A DNA stretch of 63,538 nucleotides, from positions 1,862,001 to 1,925,538 of the forward strand of contig MU053504.1 of NCBI GenBank assembly GCA_013239625.1, given 5' to 3'. This DNA comes from Lama guanicoe (taxonomy: Eukaryota). Positions 14,400 to 25,555 of this stretch are shown here, piece after piece. The position numbers and the translations under genes are program-made. The notes under the pieces are model-generated. The model saw nothing but the letters and a program-made list of their open reading frames with translations, ran no database searches and was not told the DNA's origin. The first letter of the stretch is position 1, and each line of letters begins with the position of its first letter.

Positions 14400-14790
14400 T
14401 TTTTAACTGATAGTACCCCAATTTTATTTGGAGCAGCAATAGGCCCAGCCCTTTCGCTTCTAGAGCTGACCAATGAGACATACGAGAGCCATCAAGTGGA
14501 AGCTTCTGGAGAAGTTCTCTGAAGGAACTGACTCAACTATCCCTTCTTGCCTGACAGATGTGATACATAGAGTTCCTCCAGCCATTCTGTGACCATGAAG
14601 CTATAGCAAAAATGGAATCCACTTGCTAAGGATAGCAAACTACAAACACAGAAGAGGCCTGGTTCCCTGGTGACTTCATACCAAGACTAACCTGGCCTTC
14701 TCTAGAAAGACACCTTTGCAAAAGAGAATAAACCTCAAAGTTAAAAGTCACTATCGTTAAGCGCTTTTACCAGTTGCCATTGTTCCTAAA
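14400..14790 (+). mobile_element. MLT1-type MaLR LTR fragment
   Basis: ccagccattctgtgaccatgaag, cctggttccctggtgac and agagaataaacc motifs. Confidence 0.55.
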
Positions 14791-15750
14791 TGATAGGTGA
14801 CCTTATCTAAAACGGTTAAAACTTGTACTCAATTGCAATTCATGTCTACACATATTTCATGTATTGGGGTATATAAGACTCTCTACAAACTAAATCTGAG
14901 AACTTCGGAAAGCTACCCACCACAAATGGAAAATGTTATCTCGAAGTCTGTTCATTATTTTCCCGTGTAACAATATCTTATTTTCCATTTTCTTCCTTTT
15001 CTCCAGCTTTCTCTCAGCATTTCTACACACAATCTGCCCCTTGTAATGTCGGTTTAACAAGTCTTCATTCAGAAAGCAACCACAATTACTTTCCCTCACT
15101 CCTTTGACTATTAAATGCATGCCAAATCGAAGTGCAATATGGAATCCTGGACTGGATCTTGGAATAGAAAAGACAATGGAAAAGCTGGGGAAATCCAAAT
15201 AAAGTCTGGAGTAATAAACTCCCAGTTAACAAAAATTTACTAAGTAAACAAGAGTTTACTAAGTAAACTAATGTACAGTACCAATATTAATTTCTTAGTT
15301 TTGAAAAATGCACCATGGTTGTATGCAACATGTTAACATTAGAGGAAGCTTGGTGAAGGATATATAGGGACACTCTGTATCATACTTGCAACTCATCTAT
15401 AAATCTAAAATTATTTCAAAATAAGAAGTTGAAAATGAAAGCATGCCTAATGAGTTAACTTTTCCTCAGACTAGGGTTCAAAATCACAGATAACACACTT
15501 AAATACTCAAGTTGTAATCTCTACTTTTTCCTTTCTTTTTAATTTCAGGGCAAAAAAACAATATTTAAGCTGTGCAACTCTTGAAGGAATCTGCATCTCA
15601 TTCACTCCCCCTCTCCAAAAGTTAGAACATCACAGAAGAGCCCAAGAGCTAGGAAACACTGTTATGAGATCGTGCACTCTTAATGAGAGGATACTCACTA
15701 CATAAGAGTCCTCAGAACACAGTCAACCCAGACACATGTGAAAAGGCAGA

Positions 15751-16129
15751 CAGAGGCATCCCCTCCTTTTCTAAAGTTCGCTTTTACAAAAGACCTACCT
15801 GTTTTCACTAACTGAAATCAGAAGAGGATTTCTGCTTTAATGAAAAAAAGGTGAAAAGCAAAAATAGCTAGCATTTGTTCTGCAGTGGAGCAACAAGAGT
15901 GGCACTGCCAAGCTCCTTCCCTGGGAACTACCCTCAGCATCTCAGCAACAAGCCTCCATAACTTTGAATTGTGTCTGTGAACATCTGTGTCTGTGTTTTA
16001 TCCTGTTTTATTTTGTGCCTCCATTAGCAAGATGTGTTCTAAAGTAATTGCTTCTTTGCTTTATGCCATTTCAGCTTACAAAAGGTTTCCTAGGAATGTT
16101 CTACTTTCGGATAATGGGGGGAACCCGTA
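15751..16129 (+). mobile_element. MER6-like TcMar-Tigger element (internally deleted)
   Basis: aaagttcgcttttacaaaagacctac...gccaagctccttccctgggaactac...cggataatgggggaacccgTA resembles recalled MER6. Confidence 0.75.
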
Positions 16130-16699
16130 CTTAGACTTCTTTCCTAAGGCCAGAAGTAAGGCCATAAAAACTAACCAAGCAAACTCTTTTTACTTCTATA
16201 GGCACCAAACCAAGACTCCCTGGCCAGCATCCAAACAAGTACACTGGAAGCGAAATTTTCAGACATACAAGACATTTCATTTTCAGACATACAAGGTCAT
16301 AGTTTTGCTCCGCATTTTGAGTTTTTGTTTGTTTGTTTGTTTTTATTAAAGCAGGGATAATTATTGCTTCTGTAGATCTGTAAACCCAAAAGGGAACCAT
16401 AGATATTGGCACCTGGACAGTAAACATCACCTGAAGAGATAACCTGTCTCTGAGAGGCTTTACTTGAGTGCTCTCTGTAGAACATCATTGTCATGAATCA
16501 CCTTCCCATCATCTAGCTCACAACTGTGATTCTTCATTCTCTGAACACCCATGAAGTTTAACATAGCCCACAGCTTCAGCTGTAATTATTCTCTATTCAT
16601 TCAATAAATAATTAGTGCAAGTAGTGTTTCATAACAGCCAACAATAGCAGCTCATATTTAGTAAGTGCTGACTACGTGCTGACTATGACACTGAGAGTT

Positions 16700-18230
16700 C
16701 CTTTACTAGTATCTTCCAGAGATGTCCTCTATCCTACCTCAGCCACTCCCTTGCCCAATGCCAATACATCTGAAAGAAAGGCATTCAACCATGCTAACTA
16801 GGTCTCACCTTAAATTTATGACAATAAACGCCAAATGGGCTCATGGTGCTGGCTGGAAATCCTAAAATATTTCCTTATTCAAGTCATTTTTCCTCATTCT
16901 CCTGATTGAATTTTACACCTTCTTTCTCCTCAAACTTTCAACACCTCCCCTACTCTTCATTTTTAGCTGAAAACCTTATTTAACAGAGAATACAGAAGTA
17001 ACCAGAACTTTCACTTTGTCCCACCACCAAGCTACCAACGCACCACATTTGGGCTCATACAATCAGCCACAGATGAACTGTCCATGTACATATCTAGCCT
17101 GAGACCAACATATCCATTTATATTCTAGATCCCATTCCCCTCTCACCTACTCAATGACTTCATCCCTTCTCTCTTTAATCATCAGTTTGTCTCTCTGTAT
17201 TCCACCACTCCCATCAACTTGCAAACATGCTCTAATATCTGCCCACCTAAAAACAAAAAAAAAACTCTAACATTTCATGCCCTTCTAGCCACAGCCCTAC
17301 TACTCTGCTCTCCCCTATAATCCTTGAAACATCACTATGACTATCTATACTCACTGACTTCAATTCCTCTCCCCATTTTTTCTCTTGAATCCACTAAACC
17401 AAAACTATTCTTGTCAAGGTCACCAATGACCTCTACATTACCAAAATCGAATAGTCTATTCTTGCCATTTGTCAACTGACTATCCATGACTGTCCTTGAT
17501 CCTCTCCCTATTTCAGAGTAGGAAACCACTTCCTCTCAGAATTTGGAAGACATTGCTACACTTTTTCTACATGGGAATGTACCAAGGCTTGGATGCTGGT
17601 GCTCTTCTCCATCTATATTTACTCCCTGGATCTCTATCTAGTCTCATAGCTTTAATTTTTATTTTTTTGGTGGGGGAGGTAATTATTTAATTAGTTTTTT
17701 AATGGCAGTACTGGAGATTGAACGCAGGACCTCGTGCATGCTACACATGCTCTCTATCACTTGAGCTACACCCTCCGCCTCTTTTTGTTTGTTTTTATTT
17801 TTTTATTTTTTAGTTTCATAGCTTTAAATAAAAATTTGGGAGTCATCAGCATATGAGTGGTATCTCCAGTTCGAATCTCTCTCCTGAACTTCAAACTAAT
17901 ATATCCAACTGCTAATCTAGTATCTCCACTTGAATATTAAGAAACTCAAAATGAACAAGGCCAAAACGGAATTCTGTTTTCTCCACAAACTTGCTCTTTT
18001 TCCGATGTTCTTAATATCAATACATGGCAACTCCATTCTTCCAACTGCTGAGCCCTAAATCGACTGCAGCTTCTTATATTATTGTCTTTTAGCCCTATTC
18101 CTCAGTACTTATTTCTCATCATTCTGTATTATGATGTTTACTGTTTTTGTCTCTCTCCGTTCACAAAGGAGTTCTTGGAGGGCAGGGGCCTGCCTTGTTT
18201 GTCTGAATCTACAACACCTAGCACAGTGTA
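16700..18230 (+). mobile_element. L2 LINE fragments interrupted by a SINE
   Basis: ttcttgtcaaggtcaccaatgacctc, atccaactgc, ggcaactccattcttcca and cctagcacagtg L2 motifs. Confidence 0.75.
17660..17779 (-). mobile_element. Vic-1-type SINE
   Basis: Reverse-strand copy with near-identical flanks TAGT(C/T)TCATAGCTTTAA at about 17639-17655 and 17811-17827. Confidence 0.85.
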
Positions 18231-20269
18231 CGTTGGATTATTTGCATAAGGAGGCAATGAAATTTAAACTGCTTAACAAGTCCTGAGTAGGATCAGACTC
18301 CTCTGTAGAAAGAGACTTGAAGTAGGAAAGCATATTTCAGCTATTTCCACTGGTTTCTTAGTACAAATCAAGATATTTATTTGGTAATACCTCCAAAATC
18401 TCAGTGGCTTGAAACAAAGGTTTACTTCTTGCTCACTCTGACAAATCAAACACAGGTCACCTTGTTCTGGGTCCCAGACTGACAGACTAGCCACCAACAG
18501 TCACCATAACACAGGGAGAGAGAGTGGTAAATTACACACCTGAAGCTTTTACCATGAAGGTTTGCACATCATTTCTGTACACATTTCACTGACCAAAAGC
18601 AACTCACAAGGCCATTCTCAACTTTAAGGAGGAAAGCAAGTACCACATGCACAGAAGACAGAAACCAAAAATAACTGATGGACAGCACTGATGACTACCA
18701 TATTATTAAAAAGAAGCTTCCAGTTCTAAGCAACTACATTTTAACTCCTGATCTTTTTGTGAAAATGAAGCGCATTGCTGAAAGAGAACCACACACTTGC
18801 AAAGTACTACCTATGGGCCTATAGGAATGTAATTTCACCAGTTAGGCCTGCCTCTTTCATCACTCAGGAGACAGAGTGTAGCAAAGAAGCCAAATAGGGT
18901 GACAGGAACTTGCTGAGCCCAAATCTCTTAGACATATTCAACGCTAAAGTCAGGGGCTTGACTGAATGAGTTAAGAAAAGCATGTTCAGCTAAAAACAGG
19001 TGGGGAAAAGAGGGGAACTCTCACCAATTTTCTTTTACCAAAGGTATACAACAGCCAGGCCTTGGGGTTCCTTGCACTACCCCTTGTTTGAAGACTAACA
19101 AGGTTCACTCAAACCATGTGATGCAAGATTCAGAGTTTGAGTCTGATTAATAAAGTTAGCCAACATTAATCTTTTTAACATAAAAACACTACCTACAGAA
19201 AAAAAAAAAGCTGCATACTGCCATGCTACTAGAAACAAGGAAGGCAGCAGTTATTTTAAAGATGGATTTTACTGGTAAGCTCTTTTTTCCCCCAAAAGTC
19301 TCAAAGACTCAAGATTCCTAAGCTCAAGATGATCTGGAATGAACTGCAAGTTTACAGAGACTGTAGATTTAACGGGTGGGTGCCCCAAGTTCTAAAGTAT
19401 CCGGTGCAGTTCTAGTCTATACAAAGTTCAAATACTCTCTAACAGTGAAACTGGCTGCCAGAAATGTTAGGACAGATTGGAGATGGCTACCATAAGCAGC
19501 TAACACTTGACACTGTAAAGCCCACTGGAATTCCACTGAAGAGCAGAGCAGGAGTCCAAATACGTCACCACCAAGTCAGAAGCAAATAAGGACTCCCAAA
19601 TGCAACCAAGGGTATCTAATCAGTCTTTATTCAACAAACATTGTTAGCTGCTGGAGTGGGAGAAGGAATGTCAGAAAGGAAGAGAGGGACAGGATTCTAA
19701 GATTTAGTTCTTACGCTCCATAAAGGTGGTCGAGTTAAAACAAAACAAAACACAGATTTGCAAGCAAAAATTTAAAAATATAATGCCTTAAATATCATAA
19801 CAAGGATATAGGAAAAGCCATTCTATCAAGTAAGTGGATTATCTTCTTTCCGGGGAACAATACCATATTTGCTTTGCTAAGTAGCTAGAATTGAGAAAAA
19901 GCAAACAAAACAAAAACCCTCCTCTGGTTAATGACAGTTTAGTAGGGCCAAAGCCCATTTCTCTCTCTTCCACACTCCCTCCCAACGGTCTCTGCCACAA
20001 CCCCTCCATCATTCCAACCTCCACACTCCGCTGGCGGCCCCAAACAATACCCAGACTATCAAGGTCAGCCCCAAAGGCACAGGGAACAGACAGCAGAAAC
20101 AAATCTTCCCATATCGAAACGGGGTGGGGACCCTCCTCAATATCACCCTCCCCATACGGGGCTCAGCCTTTTAGGCTCTGGGGCCTGAGGTCCACTGCTT
20201 TCGGGAGTTCTGGCCCTTTCCCCTGTCCGTCCAGTTTTTATGTCCTGCGCCCCGAATGACCTCCATCTC

Positions 20270-21560
20270 TCCCCATTCTGAGCTCCCCATTGTGGAGCGA
20301 GGGCGCGTCGCGACGTAGGGCTGGGGCAGGGGGAGTTGGGGAAATGCGCAATAGGGAGGATGCAGTCCGTGTGGGTGTTAGTAAGGGGCGGAAGGGGGGG
20401 TCTCTTTAGGAAAGCCGCAGTTAAGGGGAAAGGCTCTGAAGGAGACACACTGTAGGGGAGCATTATAGGTAAGCCGTTCCTAGAGAAACCCATTTGGGGG
20501 TTCTATACAGGGGAGCTATTGCGAGGGGGCGTCTCCATTGATGGCCGTTTCTGGGGAAATATTCTATGGGGACGGCAAATGGGCTATCCATACAGAAGCC
20601 ACGGTGAAGGTTCTCGATAGGGGAATCTTTCTGGGGGAAACGTTCTTTGGGGGTGGGGATGTCACCGTAGGGGATCTTCACAAGGGGAACCGTTGCAGGG
20701 CTGTCGATAAAGGAGCCATTGTGGGAGCCTCTGCACCGGGCGCCGTTCCTCGAGAAACGTTCCTCAAGAGCCGTTTAGGGAAAAACCGTCCGCAAGGAAG
20801 CCATATCGGGCCACGCCCTTCGGCGGGAGGCGTCTCCAGACTCCAACAACCCGCAAACCCCCGCAACCCCTGACCCGCCCGCCCCTCTGCGGCCTCGACC
20901 CGGCGTACCTGACGGAGGGCAACCCGCGGCCAGGGCTGCTAAGGGACTGCATGCGGGACAGCCCCAGCCGGTGCGGGGGGTACACGTCCATGGCGGCGGG
21001 CGGCGGCGGAGGACAGTGCAGCGGGGCGGAGCCGGACGCGCACAAGGTGTGGGGATGGGGGCGTCGGGAAGGGCTGGGATGAGGGGCGGGCACACGGCGG
21101 CAGAGCCGCGCGTCTTCTTTAAGCTTCGAGGCGGCCGGGTCGGAGGTTGGGAGCACCGGTCCCCAGAGTGAGGGCTACCGTGCCGCCGCTCCCAGCTGTC
21201 CTCCGGCCCAGCATCGTACAGTGGTACTCTCGGCGGCGCCCCCAGCCACGCACACGGGCGCGCCCGGGGGCGGAGCCTCGGTCCGCCCCGCCCCGCTCAG
21301 CCGGCTTCAGCCTCCTGCAAAGCCTCACACTATCTCAGCTGGGTTCCGTGCACCAACGGGACTTGAGCATTTTCCCGGGGCCCGCTTACCCCAGTCTCCC
21401 AGGACGCTTCCTTGAGGAAGGTCTTCTTGCCGCTATTTCCTTACCCGCTACTAGTCAGTTGCACACCCTCCCTTCAAACATCCAGCCGATTCCTAGCCGA
21501 CCTCAGGTTAGCAGTGCGCGCCCAGCCTTGCTCAGGCATTAGGGGCTCACAAGGTCGTAG
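20270..21560. promoter_or_regulatory. CpG island / DNAAF9 promoter and first exon
   Basis: Dense CpG and high GC around exon 1; GC boxes (GGGGCGG/CCGCCCC) near 21023, 21083, 21267 and 21283; no obvious TATA box. Confidence 0.9.
20909..20991 (-). CDS. DNAAF9: DNAAF9 (C20orf194/Shulin) coding exon 1
   Basis: ATG at 20991 in an ideal Kozak context (GCCGCCATGG) inside a CpG island. Encodes MDVYPPHRLGLSRMQSLSSPGRGLPSV plus 2 nt, then donor AG|GTACG. 83 nt, phase 2, matches exon 2. N-terminus resembles the recalled human C20orf194 (MDVYPPRRQGL...). Confidence 0.95.
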
Positions 21561-22610
21561 AGGATTCCTGCACTTTACAATTCAGATCGTGGCTCGACCC
21601 GTTTCCGACTGCTGGGACATGTGCAAGAAATCTAATCCCATCGAGCCTCAGTTTTCTCGTACGTAATTGATAGGGTTGGCAGGCGTCCTGTATATGCAGG
21701 ACGTATTGTATGATTTTGTTATGTGTCATATATTGACTTTGCCAAGGATGTCTTAAATGTCCTGTATTCACCTTTCTACAGCCAATTACAAAAATCCTCT
21801 AGCTATTTTTCCGCCTCAGTAAATGGCGCTTAAATCACTAGCTAAAAATCCTGCCTCTACAAATAAAAACTCTGAAGGATCCCTATGGTGTCTCCAGCAA
21901 GTTTAGCAGAGGGAAAACCAAAAGAAGGAACTGTAAGTTTAAAGTACTTATTTTTCATATTCAAGAAAGGAAAAGGCTTTTTGGCTCAAGTTCCAAGTCA
22001 TGAACAAGTAACCATCATTATTTAGAGAGAACTTCACATCAGTACACAGGATCTGCAAACCAGCCAATCAGCAACAGCCTCACTTCAGTGGCTTCTGAAA
22101 ACCAGCCAGTCAACAACAGCTTCACTCCGATAGCTTGGCTTCTGAAATTTCGTCGTGACAATGACAGCCCGAGCTTCTGAAAGACAACAACCAATCAGCA
22201 ATTTGTAAAAACAATTTTTAAACTTCACATTATTTAGTATTGCCAGAATATGGAAAAATAGGACCTCTCATACACTTCTGGTGGGGGTATAAATATATAT
22301 ACACTTTGCACCACGATTTAGTAATACCTAGTGAAGATGCATATATGTCCCTAAAACCTAGTATTCCACTTATAAAGAAATTTTTTCATATGGGAACATA
22401 TGAAGTAATTCCATAGATGTTTATGGCACATTGTAACAGTAAAATTTGCAAGGAGGGATTTAATATCCATCAATAGAGGATCAAATGTGAAATATGAATA
22501 AAATATGGAATATTCATTCAATGTTATATTATGGCAATGAAATGAGTATGGATAAATCTCAAAAACACAGAGTTCAGTAAGCAACAGAAGAATATTTGCA
22601 ATATGACACC

Positions 22611-23068
22611 TGAATTAGTCTTGGTTTTTCAGAGAAACAAAACCAGTTTGATGTATGTATTATCATAAGAAATTGTCTCATGCAATTATGGAGGCCGAGA
22701 AGTTCCTCAGTTGGAGACCCGGGAAAGCCAGTAGTATAGTTGCCGTCTGAGTCTGCAGGCCTGAGAACCAGGAGTGCTAATGGTATAAAGATTCCAGTCT
22801 GAGACCAGAAGACTGATGTCTTAACTCGACAGTTAGGCAGAGAGTGAATTCTCCCTCCCTCCACCTTTTTGTTCTATTCTGGCCCTCAACAGATTAGATG
22901 GTTCCCACCCACACTGGGGAGGGCAATTTGCTTAACTTAGTCTACTGATTCAAATGCTAATTTCATCCAGAAACATCCTCACAGACACACACAGAAAGAT
23001 TATTGAATCAAGTATCTGGGCATCCTGTGATCAGGTCCAGTTGTCACATAAAATTAACCATCCTAACA
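22611..23068 (-). mobile_element. MLT2 (ERVL) LTR
   Basis: Ends ...gttgtcacataaaattaaccatc, the reverse of the MLT2 start; internal attatggaggccgagaagttcc. Confidence 0.8.
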
Positions 23069-23594
23069 CATGTAAATTCAAATAAACATACCTGAAATGA
23101 TACTATGTACATGGCAACAAAAGTATAAAAACGTGATAACTGGTGTTTCTGAGATTGGGAAAGGGTAAACTTGATGAATACATCTTCATCGACAATGCTT
23201 TATTTCTTTAAAAAATATTTTAATCAAATATGACAAAATATCAACATTTGTTCATTTGAGTGATTGGTACCTAGGTGGTTTTTTTTTCTTTGTTTTGTAT
23301 TAGCCTTTGTTCTTGTCAGCATATTTACATTTTTTCAAATAAATAAGAACCTCTAAATCACTATGAAAATATAAACAACCCCATGGAAAGTGGACAAATG
23401 ATACAAACAGGCAATTTACAAAAGAAGAAATACAAATGGCCAAAAAAAAAATGATGAAAATATGTTCGACTTGACTAGAAATCTGGGAAAGCGAAATTGA
23501 AACAATAAGATGGCTTTTTGCTTACTATATAAATAAACCCATCCTAAAAAAATAATAACCAGTGTGAAGAAATAAACGCTCTGATACCTGCTTG

Positions 23595-23739
23595 TTTTTT
23601 TTTGCTTTTTTTTTGGGGGGGGTGTAATTAGGTTTGCTTATTTATTATTATTTTTTTAATTTAACTGGAGGTATTGGGGTTTGAACCCATGATCTCTTGC
23701 ATACTAAACATGCACTCCACCACTGAGCTATACCCTCCC
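23595..23739 (-). mobile_element. Vic-1-type SINE
   Basis: ...ccactgagctataccctccc head on the minus strand, with taattaggttt tail motif and T tract. Confidence 0.85.
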
Positions 23740-24404
23740 TCTCTCCTCTGCCTGCTACAAGAAGTAAAAATCAGTACAATTTTGTTGGAGGTCTCTTTGG
23801 CAAAATATATGTAGCAGGTTCTCAAATTCATTTTCAGTCTAGCTTGAATGTTGGATTGATTTGGATTACACTATTCTGTGAATAAGGTTTACCCTGTAGA
23901 AGTTAATTAACAGCAGTTTAACCTGAATGGAAGATTCTTTCTCCTATATGGAAGGTGTGTTGGCTGTGGATCACAATGATGTCAGGAAACAAGGTCCCTT
24001 CTAACTTGTGGCCCCGCTGGCCTTCATTCTGTAGGTTACCTCACAGTGCTAGATGTCTGTTCCTGCTCCAGTCATCACACATGCATTCAAGCCAGTAGAA
24101 TAGAGGAAAGGACAAAGAAGAAAAAGCAAAGGGTGACAACAGCTGTCTCTCAAGGAACCTTCCATGTGACATTTGGCCTTCATCTGGTGTCTAGAACCTA
24201 GTTATGTGGACATGCCTAGTTAGAAGGGAGTCTGAGAAATGTAATGTTTATTCTGGTTCACCTAAGTTATCTTGTTTGTTTTTCTTTTTGGTAAAAGAAA
24301 TAGGGGAGAACAAGTATCAGGAAAGAAGCAGTATTTGCTATGCGTATATAAAGAAAATGTAGTAATTTTACTTTGATATGGTCTTTCATGAACCCTATAT
24401 TAGA

Positions 24405-24800
24405 TGTTGTAGGTGCCCCTCCCATATCCCCTTAACTTAGCTAGTGCATCCAGTCCCCAGCTGTTGTGAGTTTTGGTTGGCTCAGATCACAACTACTCCC
24501 TTCTTCAGAGAATTGTCTTTGTTCTATAACTGCTACCTCACCAAGAAGTACCTGGAAGGTTATATCAACCACAGGGGAGAGAGGGGCAACCAATAATTTA
24601 CTGACATAGGGGTAAAAAAGGCCAGCTCTTACCTCAAGGTGAATAATTCTGTGGTACAATTCTCACTCCAGAACTCCTCTGTGGGATCATGCTGAGACCG
24701 GACTCCGGCTGAGACCACATTCTTCACTCCCTCCATGATATACATCTTTTATTATGCACACAAGAATCCCCAGCTCAGGCTGTTTCTAGTGAGCTTGACA
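24405..24800 (+). mobile_element. LTR16-like ERVL LTR
   Basis: accaataatttactgacatagggg and ctccagaactcctctgtgggatcatgctgag motifs. Confidence 0.6.
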
Positions 24801-24919
24801 CAAAGTCACTATCTACCGGGTAGTGGTAAAAAAAGTAAGTTTCAGTCCTGTCCAGAAACCTCAGTCTAATAACTGGCTTGACCCTTTGGGTAATGCCTAG
24901 TCCCTGTAGGGATTGGATT

Positions 24920-25555
24920 ATTGTTCCCAATTCTTCACTCCCTCCCTGATACACATTATTCATCCTGCCCAATTGACTTTGGACTAGGCTATAAGACTTA
25001 CACTGATAGATAAACAAGATTATACTGTATAGCACAGGGAAATATATACAAGATCTTGTGGTAGCTCACAGCAAAAAAAGAATGTGACAATGAATATATG
25101 TATGTGCATGTATAACTGAAAAATTGTGTTCTACACTGGAAATTGACACAACATTGTAAACTGACTATAACAATAAAAAAAAAGTTAAAAAAAAAAGACT
25201 TACACTGGTGGGTGGAATGTCAGTGGATGATATGAGCAGAGGCTTTAAGTGTGAGACGAGGTTTGGCTTGGCTTTTTGCAATCCTGTCCTCTGTCATGAG
25301 AAGAGCACGTTACAGTAGCCATTGGCCCCAAGATGACGAGACTTGTGGAACAGACTTGTATCCTACCCATGGCCTGAAGCCAAGTCCAGTTGATCCCAGT
25401 TAAACCCACAAGAGCCCAACTGAACCTCAAACCTATGAGTAAGGAATCAAAACTTGTTGTTAAAAGTTAATGTATTTTTTAATTACCTCCCCCTGCACCC
25501 CCCCCAAAAAAGGAAAAGTTGATGTATTTTGGGATTGTTTGTTGCACAGTGTCTT
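24920..25555 (+). mobile_element. MLT1-type LTR carrying two younger insertions
   Basis: ttattgttcccaattcttc start, ctctgtcatgagaagagca, and ttgttgttaa...gttgtttgttgcacag end. Confidence 0.65.
25006..25194 (+). mobile_element. Young 5'-truncated L1 3' end with perfect 13-bp TSD
   Basis: AAGACTTACACTG at 24993-25005 and 25195-25207; aataaa and A tail; same family as 63098-63538. Confidence 0.9.

Noticed and set aside
21119..21214. Possible minus-strand uORF upstream of DNAAF9 (MLGRRTAG...)
   Set aside because: It lies among promoter GC boxes more than 120 nt before the ATG, and there is no evidence it is transcribed without TSS data.
19839..21771. Many overlapping ORFs of 60-130 aa around the DNAAF9 promoter
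   Set aside because: Expected from stop-poor GC-rich DNA; most start at non-ATG codons. Only 20909-20991 has Kozak, splice and homology support.
22057..22200. Repeat-spacer pattern superficially like CRISPR
   Set aside because: Eukaryotic context, only 10-bp identity, spacers related to each other, and no cas genes.
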